40,242 nucleotides of DNA, from positions 1 to 40,242 of the forward strand of contig CBDHHL010000028.1 in the NCBI GenBank assembly GCA_965263355.1, read 5' to 3'. The translations under genes and the position numbers were made by a program. How positions within the stretch are numbered: position 1 is the first letter of the stretch; each line of letters starts with the position of its first letter. Shown piece by piece: positions 24,750-34,709 of the stretch. The notes beneath the pieces were generated by a model that saw only the letters and a program-made list of their open reading frames with translations, had not been told where the DNA came from and searched no databases. This DNA is from Leptolyngbyaceae cyanobacterium. GTDB taxonomy: Bacteria; Cyanobacteriota; Cyanobacteriia; Phormidesmidales; Phormidesmidaceae.

Positions 24750-27374
24750 TTATAGTGTGAACGCTGTCAACCCTGTCACTTTTGCGTATCTCAACTCGGA
24801 ACTAACTGATCCAAGCCCGCGTAAACGGAATCCGACTTGTTTGTCAAGCGGGTTCCCATTGTGGAAAAGCGCAACCACAGGTTCTGAGTTTACCTGCCAC
24901 CGCATCTCATTTGAGCTGTACTGGAGTTTCACTGTATATATATTGTCTCCTGCAAGTGTACCGGCAGTTATATTGAAAAAGGTAATTCCAGATTGAGCGG
25001 TCCTATGCCAGCCTGTAGAAATCTGCGCTTCTGTGTGTTTGACTTGCAAATTGTAATAAGACCCATTTGCATTTCTTCGGAAAATGGGTCCGTGAATAGA
25101 TCCGCCACTTGTTGAGAAACAAATAAAGTCAACTTCTATGACTTCTCCAACAGGAATTTCATTTATCAAGAACAACCATCTGTCGGGGTCAGCTTGCGCA
25201 GCTCCAGTCGCAGTCAAACCTGACCCAGAATCGCCAATCACAATGTCCCCTTGCACTGGGGTTATTGTTCCTGTTGTATGGGCAGCAGTTGTAATACTCG
25301 CGCCTGCTGTTCCAGTGAAGGTCGACTCAAACACAATGCCGCCACCAGTGACAGGAGGTGGGGGTGTAACTGCTGCGCTCGCTGATGTCAGCACTAAATT
25401 ATTATTGTTAATTAGCGATATGATCCTGTCGTTAGCCGCGTCATATGTTGGCTGGCCACTAAACTGTGTGGTCGAATAGTGAAGACCATCCGCGTCTAAT
25501 GTAAAATCATCAATCGCCATTAAATGAAAACGGCTGTCACTGGCGATAAACGCGTCTGTTTGGCTGATTATTTCTGCTGCTGCAACTCTAGTACTAGAGT
25601 TATTCAAACGAATTACCAACCAATTTAGTTGCAATCCGGTTTCTCGTTGAACATAAAAATCTAAATTGGTTAGTTGATCGGCAAATTCAACCGCATGTGC
25701 AGCGCTTGATCCGTCTGTTTCTCCTAGCCAGATAACGATAGGACCATAGTGAGTGGTTGTGGCCTTTGAAGTGTTCAACCCCGATATTAGGTTTGTGACG
25801 TTTGGATCGTCAATATTCCAAGCTCCGATCCCCGACTGGAAACCTGTACCAGTAGTTGCAGACAGTGTACTGTTTACTGTCCCCTGATATGTTGCAGCGA
25901 AAGAAGTTTCAAATCGAGAAGTTCCCATTAGGACTGCGTTAGATTGGCCTATTAAAGTGTTATGGAAAACATCGCTAGAGGTTAATGAGGCCAGGTCGCC
26001 CCCTGCTGACGCTGTGCTTGCAGTCATCGTTCCTAAGTTGACCAGTGCTCCTTGATTCCCCGCTGCGTCAGCATAGCTATTAGCCGGGACTGTGACTGTG
26101 TAATCGCCGTCTACAGGTGCTGTCACGTCAAAATCAACCCTAACGCCGTTATTGCCAATAGTTGTAGTATTGGAAATCGCAATCGTCGCCACGTTAGCAC
26201 CGTCAACAGCGCTGAGTGAAGCAACTGTTACAGATGAGGGGTTAAAGCTTGTTTCGTCGTCAAAATCAACTGTAACAGTTGCTGCGACCCCCGTTGTTGC
26301 TGTGGGGAGAACCCCAACTAACACAGCTGTTGGTGCTGTAGTGTCTGCGGCTCCACTGGCTGTCATTGTCCCCAAGTTAACCAGTGATCCTTGGTTACCC
26401 GCTGTATCAGAATAACTATTAACTGGGACAGTGACTGTGTAACTGCCATCCACAGGGGCTGTTACGTTAAAATCAACCCTTACACCGTTGTTGCCAATAG
26501 CTGTAGTGTTTGCAATTGCAATTGTCGCCACATTAGCGCCATCAACAGCCGACAATGAGCCAATAGTCACAGACGCTGGGTTAAAGTCCGTTTCGTCAGT
26601 AAAGTCAACTACTACCGTCGCTGCAACTCCCGTTGTTGCAGTGGGTAGGACTCCAACCAACACAGCTGTTGGCGCTGTAGTGTCTGTGACTCCAGCGATA
26701 TTGTTGGTTACTGCAAAATTACTAAATGCCCCAGCTGTGGCCGTATTAGTGCCCGTAATCGGGTTGCCCCCCGGTGTGTGAGAAACTGTGATTGTATCAG
26801 AGTTTATATAAGCAGAATCTACGGTTAGGGTGATTACTGAGCCTGCAATGGCAACATTATTTACAGTCTTTCCGCCTGATGCTGTAAAGTCAGTTGTTGC
26901 GGGGACACTAGCGCCATCTAATGCGCTGCTAAACGTCAGCACAATCTGATCAGGGTTCGCGTCCTCTACACTGGCTGATGCTAGTGATAAAGTTGGCCCG
27001 CCCGTTACAGGTGACATATCTCTAGCGTAATATGTCACATCTACTGTAATGATTGATCCTGCCGAAGCAACTAACGATGGATTCGTTACTAACCCTGATA
27101 TCAAATCCTCTAGCGCTGTCGCATTGCCAGGGGCATACCCAAACCCGATAGAGCTACCAAGTGGTAATGGAGTAGAATCATTAATTGATATCGTCGCATT
27201 GCTAGGGACAGCAGACGACACATAAAAAGTGACCCCAGTTATATCATTTGGGACATTGCCAACCGTTCTAAGAAAAACTTGCGTATCCGTAATGTTTGGG
27301 ATTTGTTCAGTAGCACCTACTTCAGGTTGAGCAGATAGTTTAAGTTGTGCAATAAAACTGTTAATTACGCTCAT
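24750..27374 (-). CDS. Multi-domain virion adhesin/esterase: SwmB-like domain, two Ig-like repeats, SGNH (SASA/CE6-like) esterase, C-terminal lectin-like fold
   Basis: PTL..ASV....IVLTFSSALD..SVPATTDFT; DTTAPT repeats; IGQSNA, WLGETD and DGLHY SGNH blocks. Confidence 0.72.
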   Translation of the reverse strand: MSVINSFIAQLKLSAQPEVGATEQIPNITDTQVFLRTVGNVPNDITGVTFYVSSAVPSNATISINDSTPLPLGSSIGFGYAPGNATALEDLISGLVTNPSLVASAGSIITVDVTYYARDMSPVTGGPTLSLASASVEDANPDQIVLTFSSALDGASVPATTDFTASGGKTVNNVAIAGSVITLTVDSAYINSDTITVSHTPGGNPITGTNTATAGAFSNFAVTNNIAGVTDTTAPTAVLVGVLPTATTGVAATVVVDFTDETDFNPASVTIGSLSAVDGANVATIAIANTTAIGNNGVRVDFNVTAPVDGSYTVTVPVNSYSDTAGNQGSLVNLGTMTASGAADTTAPTAVLVGVLPTATTGVAATVTVDFDDETSFNPSSVTVASLSAVDGANVATIAISNTTTIGNNGVRVDFDVTAPVDGDYTVTVPANSYADAAGNQGALVNLGTMTASTASAGGDLASLTSSDVFHNTLIGQSNAVLMGTSRFETSFAATYQGTVNSTLSATTGTGFQSGIGAWNIDDPNVTNLISGLNTSKATTTHYGPIVIWLGETDGSSAAHAVEFADQLTNLDFYVQRETGLQLNWLVIRLNNSSTRVAAAEIISQTDAFIASDSRFHLMAIDDFTLDADGLHYSTTQFSGQPTYDAANDRIISLINNNNLVLTSASAAVTPPPPVTGGGIVFESTFTGTAGASITTAAHTTGTITPVQGDIVIGDSGSGLTATGAAQADPDRWLFLINEIPVGEVIEVDFICFSTSGGSIHGPIFRRNANGSYYNLQVKHTEAQISTGWHRTAQSGITFFNITAGTLAGDNIYTVKLQYSSNEMRWQVNSEPVVALFHNGNPLDKQVGFRLRGLGSVSSELRYAKVTGLTAFTL
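26016..26684. repeat. Tandem 339-bp (113-aa) Ig-like repeat x2
   Basis: DTTAPTAVLVGVLPTATTGVAATV...LVNLGTMTAS occurs twice; DNA differs mostly at synonymous sites. Confidence 0.9.
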
Positions 27375-27376
27375 GA

Positions 27377-27976
27377 CTATCTCAGAGTAAGGATCAATCT
27401 ACAATCAACTGTCGCTGTTATATCTGCTGTGCTGTCTTCTCGACGCAACCTGACGGCATATGCGCCCTCCAATGAACCTGAATCTGAACCCGTATGCCCG
27501 ACCGTATCTCCCTGAGTTGGAGCTGCTGAATCTGCTTCAATCAAATCAAATTCATCAGCTGCTGCTGTCTGGAAAAAAGAAATTTCTGGATAGAAAACAA
27601 GTGGTCCATTAAGGGCAGAATTATAGTTGGTAACTTTGATCGCTGCTAGAACAGAAACAAGCTTTTTGCCCGTTGGGATTGCTACCGGTGTTGATACTTC
27701 ATTTTGAGTGCTTAACGTAAAGGTTGTTCTTAGCTGCTCAGTTGGACGCTCGCCTGAAAGACCCTGAATACTATTAAGAACTGCATCAGTCGCCCCCGTA
27801 CCGATAGGCACTGTGACCGTTCTATCGATGTCGGCGTATAGGACTTGATCGGTTTGATTGTACCAACCACGGTCAACAGTGCCGTCATTCAACTCGTATT
27901 GAACAGCATCGATTTCAGGGCTGTTTGCACTCCCTGCTGCTGAAGTATTTGGCAAAAAAGCGCCGACAGCTGGCAT
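27377..27976 (-). CDS. Putative virion protein
   Basis: 199 aa, beta-rich, tightly coupled in the late operon. Confidence 0.6.
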   Translation of the reverse strand: MPAVGAFLPNTSAAGSANSPEIDAVQYELNDGTVDRGWYNQTDQVLYADIDRTVTVPIGTGATDAVLNSIQGLSGERPTEQLRTTFTLSTQNEVSTPVAIPTGKKLVSVLAAIKVTNYNSALNGPLVFYPEISFFQTAAADEFDLIEADSAAPTQGDTVGHTGSDSGSLEGAYAVRLRREDSTADITATVDCRLILTLR

Positions 27977-27978
27977 TA

Positions 27979-28173
27979 TTAATCTTCCTCCTCTACTGAT
28001 TCAAGATAAGCCCCGGCATAATATAAATCGCTATCATCTTTATTAAAAACAACAAGCTGATTAGTCGCATTAAAAAACAGCTCAATCATGCTTTTATCAG
28101 CCAGCTCAATAGTCACTGATTGGCCAGCAGCCAACTTTCCAATAGGGATAGCCTTTAATACCTCGTTGCTCAT
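27979..28173 (-). CDS. Small putative virion protein
   Basis: GAGGTG SD, ATG at 28173 overlapping the upstream TGA. Confidence 0.6.
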   Translation of the reverse strand: MSNEVLKAIPIGKLAAGQSVTIELADKSMIELFFNATNQLVVFNKDDSDLYYAGAYLESVEEED

Positions 28174-28823
28174 ACCATCACCTCGTAAATGAATAAAGAC
28201 ATATGCCACCAGGTCAACCCTTTGGTGCTGTTCGACCCTCCATCAGCGTTATAAGCCCCCAGGCACAACTTTTTAGGGCTTGTTTCTCCTGATAGGTCCA
28301 AATAAAACTCACCAGCCAATAGCCGCAACGTGCCTGTATTATCATTCTCCCCAGTGCCATCCGCTTGATAATTCAATAGACCTGCTGCATGTGGTGGTGC
28401 GTCTGAAGCAATAACTTGAGCCTCAAACAGATCGGCGTCCATTAGCCCGATATCGACATACTCGCCGTTGCTCCAATTTTGAAAGCCAAAGTGATAATTG
28501 CCCTTATAGAAAAACCCGTTTTGCAATTCAAAATCTTTGCCAACGGTATTAGACCCTTCAGGGATTTCAACCCCGCTAGAGTCCAGCAACTTAATTTTTG
28601 GCCCTTTAATTCTGGCCTGTGAAACTCTCGCGGCTCCGCCCGTGCCAAACGTAAACGTTGTTCTAATTAGTGGAACTTTTGCATCCTCAGGATCGTTACT
28701 GTTTGGCCTAAACGTGATATTCGTTGGCTGAGCTGAACCTGGCGCGCCATTAGCAGGCATCGCAAACCAGGCCATACTATCAGGGAACCTGGACGAAATG
28801 AATTTCCCACCAATAGGAGCCAT
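28170..28823 (-). CDS. Putative virion protein
   Basis: 217 aa, TAATG-coupled. Confidence 0.6.
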   Translation of the reverse strand: MAPIGGKFISSRFPDSMAWFAMPANGAPGSAQPTNITFRPNSNDPEDAKVPLIRTTFTFGTGGAARVSQARIKGPKIKLLDSSGVEIPEGSNTVGKDFELQNGFFYKGNYHFGFQNWSNGEYVDIGLMDADLFEAQVIASDAPPHAAGLLNYQADGTGENDNTGTLRLLAGEFYLDLSGETSPKKLCLGAYNADGGSNSTKGLTWWHMSLFIYEVMV

Positions 28824-30511
28824 TACTGTGTAACCTCCCTCGCGACAATCTCGCCAGTTGCCGCCGCTTCTGCGATTACTCGAATCTCTCCGTTAAAATC
28901 ATCCGGTTCAAATCGTCCCGCCGGAATTGTGTAAACGTAATTTCCCCCGGTCGTTTGGGCAGCAGTAGAGCCGTATTGGACGTAAACGGTTTGATTCGTG
29001 CTATTTCGAATGACCACGTTTACTCTACTTGGATTCGCGGGCACTAACTGTTGATCAACATTGAGATTGGCACTAAGTATAACCGGAACCGATGCACTTT
29101 GTTGAACTGCCGTGTTAGCCCCCGTACCACCCGTCAAGAACCAAGACAGATCAGGTTTATTCCTAGCAACCCTAGGGCCAGGGAATGCGCCTTGATATTG
29201 ACGGATCGTCATTCGAGATCGGCTAAATGCTGTAGCTGCCCCCGCAATATCTTGGTTGCCGAATACTCGTAAGGCCTCCAATGCACTACGGCTAATCGTT
29301 ATCGTGGTTCCATTGCTTGCCCATTGCCCTAACTCTGATGCGATCGTGGGGTTCGGCGTAGTGCCATCGGTCGTGTAAATTAACAGCCACTCATTCTCTG
29401 TCGCGACTGCCGTTGTCTCACTCTCAGTGTTGATTTGATCGAGCCTATCTTGAGCAATTTCAAATGTGATAGTCGCAAACGTCGTCACAGGGGCCACAGT
29501 GAACCCAGTTGCGTCTGTGATTAGCCCGCCTGCAATTGGCCTGTTTGCTGTGGCCCCTGTGTCGCCTGTGACCGGGATTTCGAGAACAGATTCAGAAACT
29601 AATAGTATCGGGTCGTTAGTGCTCGAAGCTCCAACTACTGCCGTAACGATCGCATTCCCATTAGCGGTCCCAATCGTAACTCCGTTCTCATCGGCAAACG
29701 CGTCATTGGCCGTTGGATAAACAAGGTCATCGCGACCAATGACAGCAAAACCACTGTTCCCCGTGCTAGTAGTGCCACCGGCCCCATCACTAATATCGTA
29801 AGTGACAGATTCAAGCGAGCCTAAACCGCCAGTGGAAGAACTTGCTGTCAGCTGGGCTTCTGTTGGCCCGGTGCCAATCGTAATATCGACTCCTGATGGG
29901 ATGTTAGTTAGAGTCGTTCTATCTCTTGAAAGAACCCCAAACAGCACAGGCCCAGCACCATTAATTTGATAAGGCGTTGCGGTTGGCGATGGGGCCAACT
30001 GGTCTATGTCATCACTCGCCAAAGTAAATCGAGGCGTGTTTGCATCGACAAGGCCAGAACTTGTGGAAACTGTTGCAGGAAAATTTGTAACCTGAGTTGT
30101 CCCCCCAGATGACCCAGATCCGCTTGCTGGTTCCCGTTCTGCCGTTGGGGGTACGCCAATCCCACCAGAATTCAGATACCAGCTAGATCCGCCTGATGTT
30201 GTATTAAATACTTCATATAAATAATCGCCAACGGCATAGCCTAGCCCGCCATTAGCAGCGGTTGCCCGCCAAAGTAATATCTCAAAATCTGTTGAACCGC
30301 CAAACGTGCCTAAGTCTGCTGTATTTGGAGCACCAATAGTCGTGCCTGCAGTGACGTTACGCCAAGTATTATCTGATAATGCAATGATTAAATCGCCATT
30401 GCTGTACCCTGCTCCATTAGCCGTTGCCTGAAACGTGCCAATAGGTGTCGCGCCACCAGCTGCCCCAACGTCTGTAACTAATAATGCGCCCGTCCCAGTT
30501 TGATAACGCAT
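28823..30511 (-). CDS. Putative virion fibre/spike protein
   Basis: 562 aa, T/G/A-rich; N-terminal repeat (ATANGAGYSNGDL / ATAANGGLGYAVGDYL); C-terminal beta-sandwich ANPSRVNVVIRNST. Confidence 0.62.
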   Translation of the reverse strand: MRYQTGTGALLVTDVGAAGGATPIGTFQATANGAGYSNGDLIIALSDNTWRNVTAGTTIGAPNTADLGTFGGSTDFEILLWRATAANGGLGYAVGDYLYEVFNTTSGGSSWYLNSGGIGVPPTAEREPASGSGSSGGTTQVTNFPATVSTSSGLVDANTPRFTLASDDIDQLAPSPTATPYQINGAGPVLFGVLSRDRTTLTNIPSGVDITIGTGPTEAQLTASSSTGGLGSLESVTYDISDGAGGTTSTGNSGFAVIGRDDLVYPTANDAFADENGVTIGTANGNAIVTAVVGASSTNDPILLVSESVLEIPVTGDTGATANRPIAGGLITDATGFTVAPVTTFATITFEIAQDRLDQINTESETTAVATENEWLLIYTTDGTTPNPTIASELGQWASNGTTITISRSALEALRVFGNQDIAGAATAFSRSRMTIRQYQGAFPGPRVARNKPDLSWFLTGGTGANTAVQQSASVPVILSANLNVDQQLVPANPSRVNVVIRNSTNQTVYVQYGSTAAQTTGGNYVYTIPAGRFEPDDFNGEIRVIAEAAATGEIVAREVTQ

Positions 30512-30957
30512 TAAAGATACCCCAAGAAAATATCATCTAAAGAACCTACGGAATCAGTAGTTTCTGTATTCCTAGTTTCTGTCCAAGCCTGCCTACCCGC
30601 TTCGTAGCCACTCTTAGATACGTTAGTTTTATTAGCATCATCCACAGTCAATTGCAAGATAGCATCTTCTGCATTTTGTAAATCCAATAGAGCTTGTATT
30701 TGTTGCTCTGGACTGTCAATTGTTTTTGAATAATGATCAACTACACTTTTGCTACGCTCTAACGATGACGGGTCTAATTGTAGAAACCTAGCAGCCGCAT
30801 AATAGGCTCGATAGTAAATAACCCCATTCGGGTCCGTGCCTATTGATGATTCGAGTAAGTTTTCGAAGAAAACAGAGTCAGCACTCGAAACTTTTTGTCG
30901 AGTAGCGGGCAACGAATTTTGTATGAAACTAAACGCATCATTCAGGTTCGTGAACAC
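30511..30957 (-). CDS. Putative head-completion/adaptor protein
   Basis: 148 aa, helical, two genes after the capsid gene (position-based call). Confidence 0.45.
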   Translation of the reverse strand: MFTNLNDAFSFIQNSLPATRQKVSSADSVFFENLLESSIGTDPNGVIYYRAYYAAARFLQLDPSSLERSKSVVDHYSKTIDSPEQQIQALLDLQNAEDAILQLTVDDANKTNVSKSGYEAGRQAWTETRNTETTDSVGSLDDIFLGYL

Positions 30958-31285
30958 TGCTCGTCAAAGCCTCAATTACATCAGCCCACTTTTGATCGCT
31001 CATTCCAGCCGCATTTTGGGCCACCTCCAATGACTCAAAGCCTTGGTTGAATAAAGCTGTAGCCTTGGTTTTGCCAATTCCTGGCAATCCCTCTAATTCT
31101 GCCTCAGACATACTATTTAATACGTTCAAAGCAGGCTTAATCATTGTTGGCTGTTTAGCTACTGGCTTTAGATAGCCAAGCTTAATCAACGGTTGAGCCT
31201 CTTCAGGAGATAATGTTATTTTATCTCCTATCTTTTTGACCCCATCATTAGAGGCGACTTGCCCCAAGATGACTATATAGTTCAT
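30938..31285 (-). CDS. Small head-associated protein with helix-hairpin-helix motif
   Basis: KIGDKITLSPEEAQPLIKLGYL N-domain; LNSMSEAELEGLPGIGKTKA HhH. Confidence 0.72.
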   Translation of the reverse strand: MNYIVILGQVASNDGVKKIGDKITLSPEEAQPLIKLGYLKPVAKQPTMIKPALNVLNSMSEAELEGLPGIGKTKATALFNQGFESLEVAQNAAGMSDQKWADVIEALTSSVHEPE

Positions 31286-31290
31286 GATGT

Positions 31291-32283
31291 TTATGCAACA
31301 GCATTAGAAATTAAGTAACCGTGAGTGATTAAGTTAGCGTCATTCACGCCAACAGCCTGCACTGAACGATCAAAGTCAAGCTTGTAAACGGTTGCGCCGC
31401 GATCGTCATCACGGTATGGGGAGAATACTTGAGGGTTGCCCATATAGGTATAAGTGTAACCATAACTAGGCTCCTCCTGGTCAATTGTCCCAGTAGTCCG
31501 GAAAGGTAGGCGATCTTGACGCAATGCTGACGGGTTTGTATAGGCCATGACAAGGTTCTTGCCAAAGACATATTCCTTTGTCCCGTTAGCCCGCTTAACC
31601 AAAGCTGAGCACACCCGAACCTCATCAAACCCGTAGAAGTTAGCTAGCATTTCAGTGGTCAAACTGTCTCGCGTAGTGTGTTTCAAGCGGTCTTTGATCA
31701 ATTCATTTTCTTGAATGGTATCAAAAACTTCACGGCCCATCACCATCACATTTGGATCAACTCCAATCTGTTGAGCGATAGCAGAACGACCGGCCCGAAT
31801 ATAAGTACCAGGGTTAGAGGATGGATCATTAAACTGTTGCGCACCAGCAAGAGCAATTTGATTGCCTGCTGCGTAATTGGCTGGTGTAACCGCTACAGCA
31901 GCTGACTCAATCTCATGCTTAAGGCCAGCTCGTTGGATCATCCGAGTAGACGCACGACGCCCCCAGTTGATGTTCATCCGTTCCATTTTCTTGGCTTTTT
32001 TATCTCCTACGCGATAACTAAAGCCTTTGATACTCAACGAATAAGCAGCGCCCTGGTAACCGTCCTGAACTTCAGGATAGGTCGTGTCATCAGCTCGGTT
32101 ATCGTCAATTTCTTCATAGATTGCGTCATCAAAGCGAATGATGCGACCGTCATAATCCCCTGTCTCTACAAGTGGGAAAAGTGCCCGCATAACAAACTGC
32201 GGCATCTTAAAGCCTTGAGCCACATTTGTTAAGCTGATCGATACGCCAGCACTTGCATTCCGTAAGCTGTTTGGTGTTCCCAT
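31291..32283 (-). CDS. Major capsid protein (HK97 fold, gpE-like)
   Basis: 330 aa after scaffold and cement genes; LTNVAQGF, LFPLV, DPNVMVMGREVF, PSYGYTY motifs typical of this capsid family. Confidence 0.85.
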   Translation of the reverse strand: MGTPNSLRNASAGVSISLTNVAQGFKMPQFVMRALFPLVETGDYDGRIIRFDDAIYEEIDDNRADDTTYPEVQDGYQGAAYSLSIKGFSYRVGDKKAKKMERMNINWGRRASTRMIQRAGLKHEIESAAVAVTPANYAAGNQIALAGAQQFNDPSSNPGTYIRAGRSAIAQQIGVDPNVMVMGREVFDTIQENELIKDRLKHTTRDSLTTEMLANFYGFDEVRVCSALVKRANGTKEYVFGKNLVMAYTNPSALRQDRLPFRTTGTIDQEEPSYGYTYTYMGNPQVFSPYRDDDRGATVYKLDFDRSVQAVGVNDANLITHGYLISNAVA

Positions 32284-32314
32284 TTTTTATCTATCTCAAT
32301 TTCCAAAAAAAGAC

Positions 32315-32668
32315 TTAACTAACAGTGTCCGTGTATGGGAACACTTCGATAAATTCTCCTGCTGCCGCTGCTGTCACGCCAGGCTTTAACCGAGCGCAAA
32401 CATTGTTGCCAGCTGTCCAAGGAATAACCCGTCCGGTGGCATCGGTCATCAGTCGGTTTTCGGTGCCGTCAATGACAGCGCCCGTTTCCCAAATGCCGGT
32501 CACACCAACAATTACTCGGCCATTGTCACCAGCAAGAATCTCAGTATCGGCAACACCAATGCAAGCTTCACCGGCAACCGCTTGAGCTGCTGAAAAGTTA
32601 ACGCCACGCTTTGCCGCGATCGTCGCAGCTGGGGTGACCGTCATTACAAGACATCCAACTTGTTGCAT
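32315..32668 (-). CDS. Capsid cement/decoration protein (DUF2190-like)
   Basis: 117 aa, Ala/Gly-rich; IGVA, LMTDATGRVI and AAAAGEFIEV pattern; directly upstream of the capsid gene. Confidence 0.75.
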   Translation of the reverse strand: MQQVGCLVMTVTPAATIAAKRGVNFSAAQAVAGEACIGVADTEILAGDNGRVIVGVTGIWETGAVIDGTENRLMTDATGRVIPWTAGNNVCARLKPGVTAAAAGEFIEVFPYTDTVS

Positions 32669-33387
32669 TATTCTGTAACTCCTGCAGCTAAGGTGTAACG
32701 GTCATAAGCTTCTGTATAATCAGAGATATTGTGCTCTGACATATAAGCTCGAACTTTGCGGTCTAGCATCAGCGAATCATGATCAACTTCGCTCATGTCA
32801 ATGCGCAAAGAGTTTGATTGCTCAACAAAATCAGGATCGAATTCAGGCCCAATTGGCATAGCGCCACTTGACCATAGAGCAGGCCCTTCAGCGATTTGAT
32901 CCATTAACACTTGACGAGCCGACTTTTTGACAGTGCGGCCTGTCGCTGGGTCTGCAAAATCTTGCTCGCCCTCTGGCATCGCCATGATCATTTGAATCTT
33001 GGCTTTTTTGTCAGCTGGCTTGATCTTGCGGTTAGCATCACTAGCCATCTGCTCAACAAAGTTAGACACTCGATCTAACTCGCGTTGCCGATTTGCTTTA
33101 AGGTTTTCCTCGCGCTGGACCTGTAGTTGCCGTTCTAAGTCTTGATTGTGCTTTAGAAGGTTAGTAATCTGACCTTGCAGTTCTGAAAATGCCTGTGCCG
33201 TTACAGGGGCATGCATTGGGTCAATAACAGAGGATACAGGTTCCGGTGCTGGTGCGGGAACAGGCGCAGGTGGTTCATTGTGGTCTTGAATTTTTGACGC
33301 AACGGCTTTTTGAACCGAAGCAGTCAACGCCGTTAGTGTTTCTTTCAGCTCGTTAAATTGCTGAACTGTTACGAATTCGTCAGCCAT
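32668..33387 (-). CDS. Capsid scaffolding protein
   Basis: Coiled coil, Pro-rich linker, C-terminal VRAYMSEHNISDYTEA helix-turn-helix typical of scaffolds. Confidence 0.7.
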   Translation of the reverse strand: MADEFVTVQQFNELKETLTALTASVQKAVASKIQDHNEPPAPVPAPAPEPVSSVIDPMHAPVTAQAFSELQGQITNLLKHNQDLERQLQVQREENLKANRQRELDRVSNFVEQMASDANRKIKPADKKAKIQMIMAMPEGEQDFADPATGRTVKKSARQVLMDQIAEGPALWSSGAMPIGPEFDPDFVEQSNSLRIDMSEVDHDSLMLDRKVRAYMSEHNISDYTEAYDRYTLAAGVTE

Positions 33388-34292
33388 TAAGCCTCCAAAG
33401 TTACTATTTGTGAAATCTGTTTTTGTAGACTAGCAATTTCTGCCGTCACATCTGATAAATTTTGCTTTGTCGCAAATTCAGACAAATCTGTTTGCTGTGG
33501 TTCAAAAGCAGCTCTAAGTTCATCTGTTGTTATCCCTAACTTTTGAGCGGCTAAATCCCAGCTAGACTCAGAATAATCATCGTCGTACTTTTTCTTCATG
33601 CCTTCTCTAAGCTCCATAAGCTCAGTAGACATGCGCTCCATCCGGTCATTCAGTGAGCCCATTTGACCGGCATATTCTTTAAGCCCGTCAATCAATTCGC
33701 GAGGAAAAACTTTGTCCGCAGTTTCTAGAGAAGACGAATCAATCAACATATCGCGTTGCATTTGAAATACTTTTGCGATATGGCTTATTGCTTTCCCCAA
33801 TGGCATTTCACCAAACTCCATTACAGCCACTTCAGTGAATTCAAAATCCCAAAGACCATCGGGCTTACTTTCAGCAAATGCCAATGGGGCCATGCCTTTA
33901 ACCGCTGGTTGCTGTCCTCCAAGTGCCCCAATGTGACCAAAGTTCAATCGGCCAGGGGTAGGGTTGCTAGGATGCTGCCGTGGATAAATGCGAGGGCTGA
34001 TAGACTGAAAATGTTTATTTTCAACCCAATCAACCATTTCCTGACGGACATCTTTGAATTCGCCAAACAATGAATTGCCCACACGTTTAACGGCCTCTAA
34101 CCATCCCCATGCAGGACTATTGTCTTTAGGGTGGCCAAGCACTAACGGCACCCGATGACCAGCGCTAGCCGACTCGTTGAACGAATCCGCTAACTCTTGC
34201 AAGTCAGATTCACTAAATGTCGCAGTGCCACCACTAGACGGCGCATGGGTGCCGCTTCTAAATATTTCTATCCAACGTGTTTTAGACAGCAT
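33387..34292 (-). CDS. Mu gpI-like prohead protease
   Basis: WIEIFRSGTH, PLVLGHP....PAWGW, SISP, HIGALG...PAVKGM. Confidence 0.82.
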   Translation of the reverse strand: MLSKTRWIEIFRSGTHAPSSGGTATFSESDLQELADSFNESASAGHRVPLVLGHPKDNSPAWGWLEAVKRVGNSLFGEFKDVRQEMVDWVENKHFQSISPRIYPRQHPSNPTPGRLNFGHIGALGGQQPAVKGMAPLAFAESKPDGLWDFEFTEVAVMEFGEMPLGKAISHIAKVFQMQRDMLIDSSSLETADKVFPRELIDGLKEYAGQMGSLNDRMERMSTELMELREGMKKKYDDDYSESSWDLAAQKLGITTDELRAAFEPQQTDLSEFATKQNLSDVTAEIASLQKQISQIVTLEA

Positions 34293-34421
34293 TGACAACT
34301 ATCTACAATGACTGTCCCTAGGGTATTCCATTTGATTTTATGGATTCTGGCTTACGCGGTTATACTTGCAACGATGCTGATCAGTTAAAATAATTAGTGT
34401 CACTCACTGCCAATTCTGGCA

Positions 34422-34709
34422 ATGCTTGGAGATTTGCCGGTTGAACCTATGAAATTAAGAAAAATAATTGGGTCTAATATCAGAGATCGTCGTTCTGTCC
34501 TGGGATTGACTCAAGGCGACTTAGCTGAATCTTTTGGCTCTACTGCTGATAGAGTAAGCCGAATTGAAGCAGGCGCAACCGGTCTAGATTTCTCTGAGGT
34601 GCCAGGGGTAGCTCAAGCGCTGGACTTGCCAAACCCATTAGTTTTATTTGAAGAAAATATATTCAGAAAAGTGCCAAGTGCTCATCCAAAATTGCAATGG
34701 TTAGACTGA
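34422..34709 (+). CDS. XRE-family HTH regulator, antisense within the head operon
   Basis: IGSNIRDRRSVLGLTQGDLAE.......VSRIEAG; upstream TTGCAA(34366)-17-AATAAT. Confidence 0.85.
   Translation: MLGDLPVEPMKLRKIIGSNIRDRRSVLGLTQGDLAESFGSTADRVSRIEAGATGLDFSEVPGVAQALDLPNPLVLFEENIFRKVPSAHPKLQWLD

Noticed and set aside
26016..26684. DGR template/variable repeat pair
   Set aside because: Both copies are in-frame domains of one ORF, differences are largely synonymous and not adenine-specific, and no reverse transcriptase is in the window
32668..34292. Frameshifted single protease-scaffold gene
   Set aside because: Clean TAATG coupling identical to other junctions in the operon (32668, 30511, 28823) indicates two ordinary genes
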